Part shown: positions 1 through 10,982 of the stretch, piece after piece | Layout of the letters: every line of letters starts with the position of its first letter | Position numbering within the stretch: the first letter of the stretch is position 1 | Assembly (NCBI GenBank): GCA_030390025.1 | Contig: JASTWF010000048.1 | Location: 2,108,001 to 2,172,000, forward strand | Length of the DNA stretch: 64,000 bases | Reading direction: 5' to 3' | DNA from: Squalus acanthias | Lineage: Eukaryota | The notes under the pieces: model-generated | The model's input: the letters and a program-made list of their open reading frames with translations, nothing else | Told to the model about the DNA's origin: nothing | The model's database searches: none | Made by a program: the position numbers and the translations under genes

Positions 1-214
1 ATAATTGACGAGCGGAAGGAAGTGATGCAGGCCACGCCCTCTCTGATTGACAGCATCGCTCATCCACTCCTACGCTGATTGACAGACCCGCCCCACTCTC
101 TGAAACATAGTCCCGCCCCCCACGCTGATTGACAGACCCGTCCTCACTCTCTGATACATTGTCCCGCCCCCCACGCTGATTGACAGTCCAACCCCTACCT
201 CTCTGTTTGGCAGT

Positions 215-1100
215 AAGGAGAGCAAACGGGAGCAGGTAGTTGCAGTGTTGAGCTAAACTGTTGAGTGAATGAGAAAAAACAGCGACAGCTAGAGTTTAAC
301 GTGGAACGTGGGCAAGTATGAGGCCAACCACTGGGGGCATAAGGAGGAAACATCAGTGTATTTTCTAACTGATGAGAAGCTGGAAACTGTCGAGGAGCAA
401 AGAGATTTAGTTGGCCCGGTACACAAATCAATAAAAACCAGGAGACAGGTGCAAAAAGGAATCAAACAGCTTAATGCAATGTTGGCCTTTATGTCAAGGA
501 GGCTGGAATACAAAAGGGAGGAAGTTATGCTTCAGTTGGGCAGACCTCTGTCAGACTCCAAGTGGCAAACGAGGTTCTGTTCTGGGGAACGCACCTCAGG
601 AAGGACGTTTTGGTCTTGCAGGGAGTGCAAGGCAGATTCACCAGAATGCTTAGAGGGTTAAATTATGAAGACAGGTTGCATAGAATATCCTTGTCTGCCC
701 TTGCATATACAAGATTGAGGGATGAACTGATTTAGTCTTTTGAGGTTAAAAGGTGTTGATAGGGTAGACAGAATGAAAGTATGTCCACTGGTGGCGGAGT
801 CCAAAACAACGGGGCATAACTTTACAGTGAGAGCTAAGCCTTTCTCGCGTGAGGGCAGGAAGCACTTCTTCACACAAAGGGCAGTGAGAATCTTCAATTC
901 TCTGCACGAAAACGATGTGGGTGCTGGCGGTCAAATAGAGATTTCTTTACCGAGATTGATAGATTTTTTCTTGAATTAGTTAGCAAATCAAGAGATAGGG
1001 AGCAAAAGCGGGTCGATGGATTTAAGTTAAGTTACAGCTATGATCCAATTGAATAGCGAAGTTGGGTTGACGAGCTGAATGGCCTCCTCCTGTTTCTGTC
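215..1100 (+). mobile_element. Old degenerate CR1 3' fragment upstream of V promoters (related fragments ~11245, 14920, 16960, 24725, 32975, 38435, 40790, 48280, 50345, 52870)
   Basis: Decayed ORF2 peptides (FNVGKCEV, NGMLAFI, LEYK, RFTRMIPG, RGHN..KHFFTQR) and 3'UTR stem-loop. Confidence 0.75.
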
Positions 1101-1677
1101 TTTCTATTAAACCATGTTCCAGGCACTGAAATCTTTCATGGTCCTAGACCGCCCTCTGCTGTCCTTGTGGAGAAACACAGCGTCAGTCGACAAAAACCCA
1201 CNNNNNNNNNNNNNNNNNNNNNNNNNNNNNNNNNNNNNNNNNNNNNNNNNNNNNNNNNNNNNNNNNNNNNNNNNNNNNNNNNNNNNNNNNNNNNNNNNNN
1301 NNNNNNNNNNNNNNNNNNNNNNNNNNNNNNNNNNNNNTCGTTCTATCTTTCTGTCTTTGTGCCATTCTTTCTCTATCCTTTTATTTTTATTTCTCTATCA
1401 CGATATCATTCTTTCCTTCATTACTTATATATTTAATTCTCTCTTTCTACCTTTTTTACATGCCTTCTTTCCTTTCTTTTTTTTGCTTTGATTATTTGAG
1501 TTTGTTTTGCTCAGCCCCAACTCCACCTATCACTGATAGCCAGTGACCTCGGCGGACTGAATGTGCTCAACACTTCAGACAGGACAGATTGATGTTGTGC
1601 CCAAGCAACATATCCTTCTATTGCTTTCTCATTCTTGTGTTTATGTAGCTTCCCCTTAAATGCATCTATGCTACTCG

Positions 1678-4222
1678 AAGTAACTGGCTATCTCATAGAA
1701 GGCAGAGGGTTTGGTGGATGGAAAATTTTCGGACTGGAGACCAGTTACCAGCGGTGTGCCACAGGGGTCGGTGCTGGGTCCTCTGCTGTTTGTGATTTTT
1801 ATCAATGACTTGGAGGAGGGGACTGAAGGGTGGATCAGTAAATTTGCTGATGACACCAAGATTGGTGGAGTAGTGGATGAGGTGGAGGGATGTTGTAGGC
1901 TGCAAAGAAACATTGATAGGATGCAGAGCTGGGCAGAAAAATGGCAGATGGAATTTAACATTTGGATAATCATAATTTAATAGGACAAAGTCAGCATGGT
2001 TTTACGAAGGGGAAGTCATGTTTGACAAATTTGCTGGAGTTCTTTGAGGAAGTAACATATAGAGTGGATAAAGGGGAACCAGTGGACGTAGTGTATTTAG
2101 ACTTCCAAAAGGCATTTGACAAGGTGCCACACAAAAGTTTATTGCTTAAGGTAAAAAATCACGGGATTGGGGGTAATATTCTGGCATGGATAGAGGATTG
2201 GCTATCTAACAGAAAGCAAAGAGTTGGGATAAATGGTTCATTCTCAGACTGGCAATCAGTAACTAGTGGTGTTCCACAGGGGTCAGTGCTGGGTCCCCAA
2301 CTCTTTACAATCTATATTAACGATTTGGAGGAAGGGACCAAGTGTAACATATCAAAATTTGCAGATGATACAAAGATGGGAGGGAAAGTAGTGAGTGAGG
2401 AGGACATAAAAAACCTGCAAGGGGACATAGACAGGCTAAGTAAGTGGGCAGAGATTTGGCAGATGGAATACAACACTGGAAAGTGTGAGGTGATGCACTT
2501 TGGCAGGAAAAATCCTAGAGCAATTTATTATCTTAATGGCAAGAAACTGGAGAGTACTGAAGTGCAAAGGGATCTGGAGGTCCTGGTGCACGAAACTCAA
2601 ATCGTTAGTATGCAGGTGCAGCAAGTGATTAAGAAGGCAAATGGAATGTTGGCTTTCATTGCTAGGGGGATAGAATATAAAAATAGGGAGGTATTGCTTC
2701 AGTTGTACAAGGTATTGGTTAGACCGCACCTGGAATACTGCATACAGTTTTGGTGTCCTTACTTAAGGAAAGACATCCTTGCTCTCGAGGCAGTGCAAAA
2801 AAGGTTCACTCGGTTAATCCCGGGGATGAGGGGGTGGTCATATGAGGAGAGGTTGGGTAGATTGGGACTCTACTCATTGGAGTTCAGAAGAATGAGAGGC
2901 GATCTTATTGAAACATATAAGATTGTGAAGGGGTTGGATCGGGTGGATGCGGGGTGGATGTTCCCGATGACGGGTGAGACTAGAACTAGGGGACATAGTC
3001 TTAGAATAAGGGGCTGCTCTTTCAAAACTGAGATGAGGAGGAACTACTTCACTCAGAGGGTGGTAGGTCCATGGAATATGCTGCCACAGAAAGCTGTAGA
3101 AGCTACATCATTAAATAAATTTAAAACAGAAATAGACAGTTTCCTAGAAGTAAAGGGCATTAAGGGTTACGGGGAGCGGGCAGGAATTTGGACATGAGTC
3201 TAGGTTCGGATCGGTCATGGCCCTGTGGGTAGTGGAGCGGGCCCAGGGACCGTGTAGCCTGATTCTGCTCCTATTTCGTGTGTGCAATTCTGTTAGATGC
3301 AGGAGATGGTTCTGTGATAGAAAGTCGATTGGCGGTTAGGATCAGATCAGCCATGATCTTATTGAATGGCGGAGCAGGCTCGAGGGGCCGATTGGCCTAC
3401 TCCTGCTCCTATTTCTTATGTTCTTATGTTCTTATGTAACACTGATAAGTGCGAGGTGATTCATTTTGGTAGGGCAAATTTGAATAAGGATTACAGAGTC
3501 AACGGCAGGGTTCTGAGGAACGTGGAGGAACAGAGGGATCGGGGGTTCATATCCACAGATCTCTGAAGGTTGCCATAAAGTGGACAGAGCAGTAAAGAAG
3601 GCCTATAGTATGTTAGCGTTTATTAACAATGGGTTTGAGTTTATGAACCGTGAGGATATGCTGCAACTGTACAGGACCTTGGTGAGACCACATTTGGAAT
3701 ATTGTGTGCAGTTCTGGTCACCTCACTATAAGAAGGACGTGGAAGCATTGGAAAGAGTGCAAAGGAGATTTACCAGGATGCTGCCTGGTTTGTGGGGGAG
3801 GTCATATGAGGAAGGATTGAGGAAGCTTATGCTTTACTCTTTAGAGCGGAGGAGGATGAGAGGCGACTTAATAGAGGTTTATAAGATGATGAGGGGGATA
3901 GATAGAGTGGATGTTCAGAGACTATTTCCTCGGGTGGATGTAGCTGTTACAAGGGGGCATAACTATAATGTGCATGGGGGGAGATATAGAAGGGATGTCC
4001 GAGGTAGATTCTTTACTCAGAGAGTGGTTGGGGTGTGGAATGGACTGCCTGCTGTGATAGTGGAGTCGGACACGTTAGGAACTTTCAAGCGGTTTTTGGA
4101 CAAGCACATCGAGCACACCAGAATGATAGGGAGTGGGATAGCTTGATCTTGGTTTTGGACAATGCTCGGCACAACATCGAGGCCCAAGGGCCTGTACTGT
4201 ACTGTACTGTTCTATGTTCTAT
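1678..4222 (+). mobile_element. 5'-truncated CR1 LINE split by the nested insertion
   Basis: ORF2 pieces 1711..1960 and 3442..4146. (TTCTATG)n tail. Uninterrupted paralog at ~42327..43395. Confidence 0.88.
1961..3436 (+). mobile_element. 5'-truncated CR1 LINE with open RT-bearing ORF2 fragment, nested in another CR1
   Basis: ORF 1962..3197 ([32 protein letters not shown]). (TTCTTATG)n tail. TAACA duplicated at 1956..1960 and 3437..3441. Confidence 0.92.
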
Positions 4223-4444
4223 GACTCAAACACTCCCTGTGGTAGCGAGTTCAACGTTCTCGCCATTCTCTGAGTAAAGAATTTTCTCCTGAATTCCCTA
4301 TTTGAATTTATCTTATATTTATGACCCCGAGCTTTGGTCTTTCCCACATGTGGAAACATTTTCGATACATCGATCCTGTTGAAACCGTTTCATAATTTTC
4401 GCTGTCAGCTTACCACTCAGTCTTCTCTTTTCTAGAGAAAGCAG

Positions 4445-4770
4445 CCTTCCCCGGGTATTGTCTGTGCCAGAACATGTTCGGGTTACCGACAGTCTTCACA
4501 GAGCATTTCAGTTCCACACGCTCCCGAGGTAATTTGTAGACAGCGGCGGGACTCTGGCGGATATTCTGCGAGCTCACATCTAGTATAGAGACGGGGAGAG
4601 GAAGAGGTCAGTAAACAGGGACATTCGGGCAATGGGAAAAGTGAGGAAGAACGAAAGAAAGAAAGTGACATAGAAAGAAATAAGTAAATTGTGATTGTTA
4701 GCAATAATTATTGTTATAACACCTTTCTTAAGGTTAAACTTGTTCAGCAGTCACTAACAGATAGTTATTT
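4445..4770 (-). pseudogene. 3'-truncated family B V pseudogene (B0)
   Basis: V exon runs from 4579 only to WHRQYPG, then CR1-derived sequence. Leader lacks ATG and donor. No RSS. Confidence 0.8.
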
Positions 4771-5752
4771 TATTTCAATGTTTACTTCCAATGAGGGAAG
4801 GAGCGAGAGCAGGAACTTTCACTGCTGCGAGGAGCCAAAGCGCACTTTTGAAATCATTGAGAGGAACATGAAAAGCTTAAGGAAGCGATAAAGGGATGGA
4901 TAGATCCCCTGTCTCCAGTTCAACCAATCGGAATCGACGTGTTTGCCAATGTCTCCCCTTGTTTATCACTGTCTCTCAATCTCACATTCTCTCTCTCTCC
5001 CTTTCGCTCGTGTCTCTCTCTATGTTCCTCCGGCTCTCTTTATCTCTCTCTGAAACTTTCATTGTTTGGCTGTATATGTTTCAGCATCTCCCGCTCTCTN
5101 NNNNNNNNNNNNNNNNNNNNNNNNNNNNNNNNNNNNNNNNNNNNNNNNNNNNNNNNNNNNNNNNNNNNNNNNNNNNNNNNNNNNNNNNNNNNNNNNNNNN
5201 NNNNNNNNNNNNNNNNNNNNNNNNNNNNNNNNNNNNNNNNNNNNNNNNNNNNATTTCTCTCTTTCATCTCATCTCTCATTCTCTATCTCTTTGTCTTTGT
5301 CTCTATCACTCCCTCATTCACTAACTCACTCTCTTGCTCTCTCTCTCTCTCTCTCACTTGAAACAAACTGCATTGAAAGGTACATGTGCGCTGATCAGAA
5401 CTGGTCTCCAGACTCAGACAGTGGAGCAGGAGTGAGAGATACGCGGTCCCACAGCCCCGCACTTCCATCACCCTCCGCCCCTCCTGATTCTTCCACAAAT
5501 GCACGGATTGGTTACTGGTTGCAGGGCGGGGATGACGTATCACGTCAGACGACACGCCTCACCATCTTGTCCACAGCCATTTAAGGAGGGGAGGGGAGAG
5601 GAGGGAGTATGGGATGCGAGGGGGAGGAAGGAGTAGGAGAGAGTAGAGGACAGGAGGGGAAGTATTGAAGGAGAAAGGAAGCACGGAACTAATATCTAGT
5701 GCTGCCACATGGTGGCGGATATGGAGCACTGAACTCCCAGTCGTCCGCTGCA

Positions 5753-5791
5753 GGTTTTTGTAGCTGGGGAGCCGCTTTCTCAAACGCTGTG
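5753..5791 (-). other. 23-RSS of A1
   Basis: CACAGCG-23-ACAAAAACC. Confidence 0.93.
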
Positions 5792-7037
5792 CGGTACTAC
5801 AAGCACAGTAATAGACAGCGGTGTGAGACGGAGAGGCGGCGCTCAGTTCCAAAGTAAACAGCGTAGCGCTGCTTCTTTCGGCCTTAAAAGACTCGGTCGT
5901 GTACTTCGTAACATCACCTGCTCCAACAGAAGTGAAAAGAGCTTCTAATGCCCGCTCGGGTTGTTGGCTGTCCCAGAGCATAAAGCTATAGCCAGTATTC
6001 GTCAGCGTGCATCTGAGCTTGGTCGACTCTCCTGCTCCAATCGATAGGACAGAAGGCGACTGCTCCACGTACGAGGCGAGTATTCCTGTCGAACGCAACA
6101 TCGATTAGTTTCTTGTTTATGGCATTAATTCATTAAAGCGTGGACTACAGAGAAAAAGAACTTCCATTCATAAAGCTCCATTCACGACTTCAGAAACTCA
6201 CAAAGCTCTTTAAAACCAATGAGGTACTGATTAAAGTGTAGTCATTGTTGTAATGTAGGAAAGGAGACAGCCACTTTTCCTCCGGGTGCTCCGGTTTCCT
6301 CCCACAGTCCAAAAATGTGCGGGTTAGGTTGATTTGGCTATGATAAATTGACCCTTAGTGTTAGGTGGGGATTAAATATGTGGGGTTATGTGGATAGGAT
6401 GGGATATGTTAGGGGGAATTAAATACGTGGGGTTACGGGGGTAGGGTGGGATATGTGTACTGTGGGGATTAAAGCAGGGACAGGGTACTGGATTTGAATG
6501 ATCAGCCATGATCGTATTGAATGCTGGAGCAGGCTCGACGGGCCGAATGGCCTACTCCTGCTCCTAGATTCTATGTTTCATTGTTTCTATGTTTCTATTT
6601 TGAGCACAGCAAGCTCTCACATACTGCCTTGAAATAAATGACCATTACATCTAGTTCTTGGTATTTGTTGTGGGGTTAATGTTGGACCAGGACACTGGCG
6701 ACAACATCACTGACTTTCTTCCAATAGTGCAATGGGATAATTTGTGTCCACCTGAGAGGGCAGCACAGTTTAACGCCTTATCTGAAAGATGACACCTCCG
6801 AAAGTGCAGCACTCCCTCAGTGCTGGCCTCGGGATTGCCAGCATAGATTTTGTGCTGAAGTCACATGAGTAAGACTCGAACACAAAACCTCTGATTCAGA
6901 GGCAAGGATTCTACCAGCTGAACAACAGCTGACATTATAGTACATTATTCTACAAAGACCTCTGCATAAGTTTGTTAATTTGACTTACGTGGGATCAGTG
7001 TCGCCATCAACGTTAGATAATGAGCTTCACTAAACAT
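5792..7037 (-). CDS. TRBV: TCR V segment, family A (A1); open frame but atypical FR2 (WDSQQP)
   Basis: Leader exon 6989..7037 (MFSEAHYLTLMATLIP, GTAAGT donor). V exon 5792..6085 after CAG acceptor, with Cys23, Trp41 and YYC. 23-RSS follows. Confidence 0.85.
6275..6598 (+). mobile_element. 5'-truncated HE1-like V-SINE in the A1 intron
   Basis: V-domain CTCCGGGTGCTCCGGTTTCCTCCCACAGTCCAAA, CR1-like 3' stem-loop and (GTTTCTAT)n tail. Absent from paralog A5. Confidence 0.8.
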
Positions 7038-7155
7038 GATTTATTCATTCGACACTGGCTCGCTGTGTGATCGGGTGCAGCTCAATACCACGTTTAAAGG
7101 CAGTTTCTCTGTTGGATCTGATTAAATACGAAACATCCGCTTATAAATGTCACTC

Positions 7156-7169
7156 TTACGTCACTTCCT
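7156..7169 (-). promoter_or_regulatory. Family A V promoter ETS+CRE element (also 20354..20367, 46019..46032; variants near 27197 and 35443)
   Basis: AGGAAGTGACGTAA ~120 bp upstream of the leader ATG, with TTTAAA closer to the ATG. Confidence 0.6.
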
Positions 7170-9607
7170 CTGTAACCCAAGCTCCATCCCATTCCTTCGG
7201 TAGTTTAGTTGCTTCATAGAACGGTACAGCACGGAATTTTAAGGAGCGAATTGAAAGAGATGATCAAAATTATGAAGGATTTTGATAGACTTGATAGGGA
7301 GAAACTAAATCCATTGGCAAGAGGGTCGTTAAGTAGAGCACACAAACTTAAGATAATTGGCAAACAAAAATAGCGGGGAAATGAGGAGACATAAATGTTA
7401 TTACACAGAGAGTTTTCATGGTCTGGAATGTATTGCCTGAACGGGCAGTGGAAGCAGATTCAATAATAACTTTCAAAAGGGAATTAGATATAAACTTGAA
7501 AAATAAAGAAAAACCAGGTCTGCGGGGAATGAGCAGGAAAGCCGAACTAAATTGATAGGAGCGACCAAAACTAAGGGTCACAAATATAAGATAAACACTA
7601 ATAAATCTAACAGAGAATTCAGGAGTAATAACTTCACACAAAGTGTGCTGGGAATGTAGAACTTGATACCACATGGCGTGGTTGAGGGAAATGGCATAAA
7701 TGTTTTTAAGTGGAAGGTAGATAAGTATGTGAGGGAGGAAGGAATAGAAGGAGATGATGATGTGGTGGTCGAAGAGGGGTGGGGTAAAGCCCGAGGGGAT
7801 TTCGTTGGGTAGGTCTTTCAAAGAGACGGCACTGGCTCGATGGGCCGAATGGCCTCCTTCTGTGCTTTACGATTTTATGCTTCTATAAGACACGCAACAT
7901 TGTTGGGACAAAGTGCTCTCCTGTTTCAGGCAGTGCGGGTTTCAGTTCCTGTGTGCTGAACAAGAATTCAAGGGTTACATATTGTACTGGGTTGAATTCG
8001 CAGAATCATTGAGGAACACATCAAAAGGCCCCTAGAGCCTGATAGAGAAGCGGCTAAACGGTTGTCAACAGAAGCTGAAACCGCCGCCATGATGCAGGTG
8101 TCCCGGTGACAAACATATCTGGAGACGCATCTCGACTTTGCACAGTGTAATAGTTCCTGTTGGTATGAGATAGTCCAACTTAGAGCAGAGCAGGATAAGG
8201 GGAGAATTGATAGAGGTGTTCAAAATCATGAAGGTTTTGCTGGAGTAATTAAGGGGAAATTCTCTCCAGTGGCCGCAGGGTCGGTGAGCAGAGGAGGCAG
8301 ATAAAAGGTGATTGACAGAAGAACCAGAGGGGGAGAAGAGGAGAATGTGTTTACTCTGCGAGTTGTTATGATCTGGAATGCATCGTCTGAAAGGGCAGTG
8401 GAAGAAGGTTGAATATTAACTTTCAAAGTGAATTGGCTAAAATCTTGCAGGGAAAATTTACAGGGCTATGGGGAAAGAGAAGGGGAGGGGGACTAATCGG
8501 ATTTCTCTTTCAAAGAGCCGGCACAGGTACAATGGGCCGAATGGTGTCCATCTGTGCTCCATCTGTGGTGCATCATTCTAAGGTTCTATGATAATCAGCG
8601 CATCTCTGATCACTACCGCAATCCGACAAATCGGGGAGGGATCTGCACCCACTCTGCTGAGGTGATCCTGGGAATTATTCAGAAGAATAATCGGGAGGTA
8701 CGTGTGAGATCCGTCCCATATTCCTCCATCCGTTCTTTCAACTCTGGTATTAACCCATTGAACCCACCGCCTCCTCTACTTCTTATAATGTAAAGAATAT
8801 CTTAAAGAAAAGGACATCCAAACCAGCAATATAGCATGTTTAATGATTAATAATAAATTAAATTCATCTAAGGTGACAAAGANNNNNNNNNNNNNNNNNN
8901 NNNNNNNNNNNNNNNNNNNNNNNNNNNNNNNNNNNNNNNNNNNNNNNNNNNNNNNNNNNNNNNNNNNNNNNNNNNNNNNNNNNNNNNNNNNNNNNNNNNN
9001 NNNNNNNNNNNNNNNNNNNNNNNNNNNNNNNNNNNNNNNNNNNNNNNNNNNNNNNNNNNNNNNNNNNNNNNNNNNNNNNNNNNNNNNNNNNNNNNNNNNN
9101 NNNNNNNNNNNNNNNNNNNNNNNNNNTAAAAAGATATATAGATACATCCAGAACAATTTCCCGACTTGAAATCTTTAGTTGTCTGCCCATTTTGTTTATT
9201 TCCTGCCGATGACCCACTGTATATTCCAGCTCCGTCTCACAAAGAAAACGCCATCTGAGACGCTTTCTCAGCCTCTTNNNNNNNNNNNNNNNNNNNNNNN
9301 NNNNNNNNNNNNNNNNNNNNNNNNNNNNNNNNNNNNNNNNNNNNNNNNNNNNNNNNNNNNNNNNNNNNNNNNNNNNNNNNNNNNNNNNNNNNNNNNNNNN
9401 NNNNNNNNNNNNNNNNNNNNNNNNNNNNNNNNNNNNNNNNNNNNNNNNNNNNNNNNNNNNNNNNNNNNNNNNNNNNNNNNNNNNNNNNNNNNNNNNNNNN
9501 NNNNNNNNNNNNNNNNNNNNNNNNNNNNNNNNNNNNNNNNNNNNNNNNNNNNNNNNNNNNNNNNNNNNNNNNNNNNNNNNNNNNNGCGGTAGGGTCTGAG
9601 ACGGGCG

Positions 9608-9646
9608 GGTTTTGGTCGCACGGTTCAGTCCGAGTGTGTCTCTGTG
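9608..9646 (-). other. 23-RSS of C1 (degenerate)
   Basis: CACAGAG-23-ACCAAAACC. Confidence 0.8.
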
Positions 9647-10982
9647 CATCACTGCAGACGCAGAAATACAGCGCCCTGTCGTTCGGCCGCACCATCGATA
9701 TCTTCAGATCGCTGGAGCTGTCTGCAGTTTTTTTGGCCCAATGTCGTTCCGTGATCCCGTCCGACCTGGTCGGGTCATCTCCCTGGAACGCCTACAGGAT
9801 GCGCTGGAGTCCCAGGCCCGGGAGCTGACGGTACCAGTACATGTAAGCATCAGACCCTCGTTGTGTGCACTGGGTAGTCACAGACCCGCCCTCTCTCACC
9901 GGCACTTACTCCCGGGACTGCACTGTCTTCTGAGACTCGCCAACTCCTCGAAGCAAAACAGGAATGAACAGCAAAGAGAGGCATTTATTTCCCCAGAAAT
10001 AAGACACCTTAAAATGTTTAATTATTAGCTGTTCCGTGACTGATATTGCTCTGTTTCTCACTCGCTTATTTTTTGATTTAATAGATTTATTCCCTGTATT
10101 TTCACTTAAGTCTAATTCAGGTGATTAAAGGCGTGAATACTGTAGATAGAGAGAATCAATATCCTCTGGTGGGGAGAGTCCAGAACAAGGGGGCACAATC
10201 TTAAAATTAGAGCCAAACCATTCAGGTGTGCTGTCAGCGAACACTTCTTCACAAAAAGGGTAGTGGAAATCTGGAACTCTCTCCCCCAAAATACATTTGT
10301 GGTTTGAGGTCAATTGAACATTGCAAATTCACGATTGATATTTTTTTGTTCGTAAGGGTATTAAGGTTTACGGGACCAATGCAGGTAAATGCAGTTGAGA
10401 TACCGACCAGCCATGATCTAATTGGATGGCGGAACACGTTCGCGGGACTGAGCGGCCTCCTCCTCTGTTGTTAACAGACACATACGATCTGCTTTTAATA
10501 GATACGTCAAGAACAGCATAATCTCCTAAACCCTCAGGCACTTGTGGTTATTTGGGAGACAGTTGTTTTATTGGAGCTCTCCCTGGAAAAGGGACAAATC
10601 TCAGGAATTGACGTGGAAATGTTCACTCACTTTTTTCAAATAAAACAGTAATAATCCTGTTATCTATATGTCCATCCCTCCTCTATTAACACAATGTATC
10701 TCCTTTATTTTTCACGACATTTTTACAGGCTATTTGCTCCAACAACCCTGTTGTATTTCTTTCACTGTTTGTTTGTTTCAATTTTATTTCTTTCGATCTC
10801 TTTCTTTCTTTCCATCTGTCCTTTATTCTTTCATTCTTTCTTTCTTTATTTCCTTCTTTCTTTCTTAATCTTTCTCCTGAACACTTGGTTTGTATTGACT
10901 GTGACAAATTTCTGCTCCAAACCTATAATCTTACCCGCCAACAGGACAGCAGAAACGTGCAAGAGAGGAGCCAAGTCCGCAT
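9647..10982 (-). pseudogene. Family C V pseudogene (C1)
   Basis: V exon 9647..9946 has two in-frame stops (TAA, TAG). Leader 10935..10982 has a 1-nt deletion. RSS nonamer ACCAAAACC. Confidence 0.85.

Noticed and set aside
5559-6101. ORF-track starts and long C-terminal tails of V ORFs
   Set aside because: Starts lie in introns, and tails are read-through of the RSS (HSDSERWRS, AQRLRKRLP). The real structure is a spliced leader plus a V exon ending at the heptamer.
6860-6933. tRNA-like sequence on the minus strand
   Set aside because: It is the decayed head of a SINE repeated in every family A intron, not a tRNA gene.
8142-8180. Plus-strand CACAGTG at the end of the conserved block upstream of family A (also ~29797, 36423, 47003) as a cryptic RSS or D segment
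   Set aside because: No nonamer at 12- or 23-bp spacing and no opposing RSS.
8776-9695. ORFs spanning N runs and F/L/S-rich ORFs over CT tracts
   Set aside because: Artefacts of gaps and low-complexity sequence.
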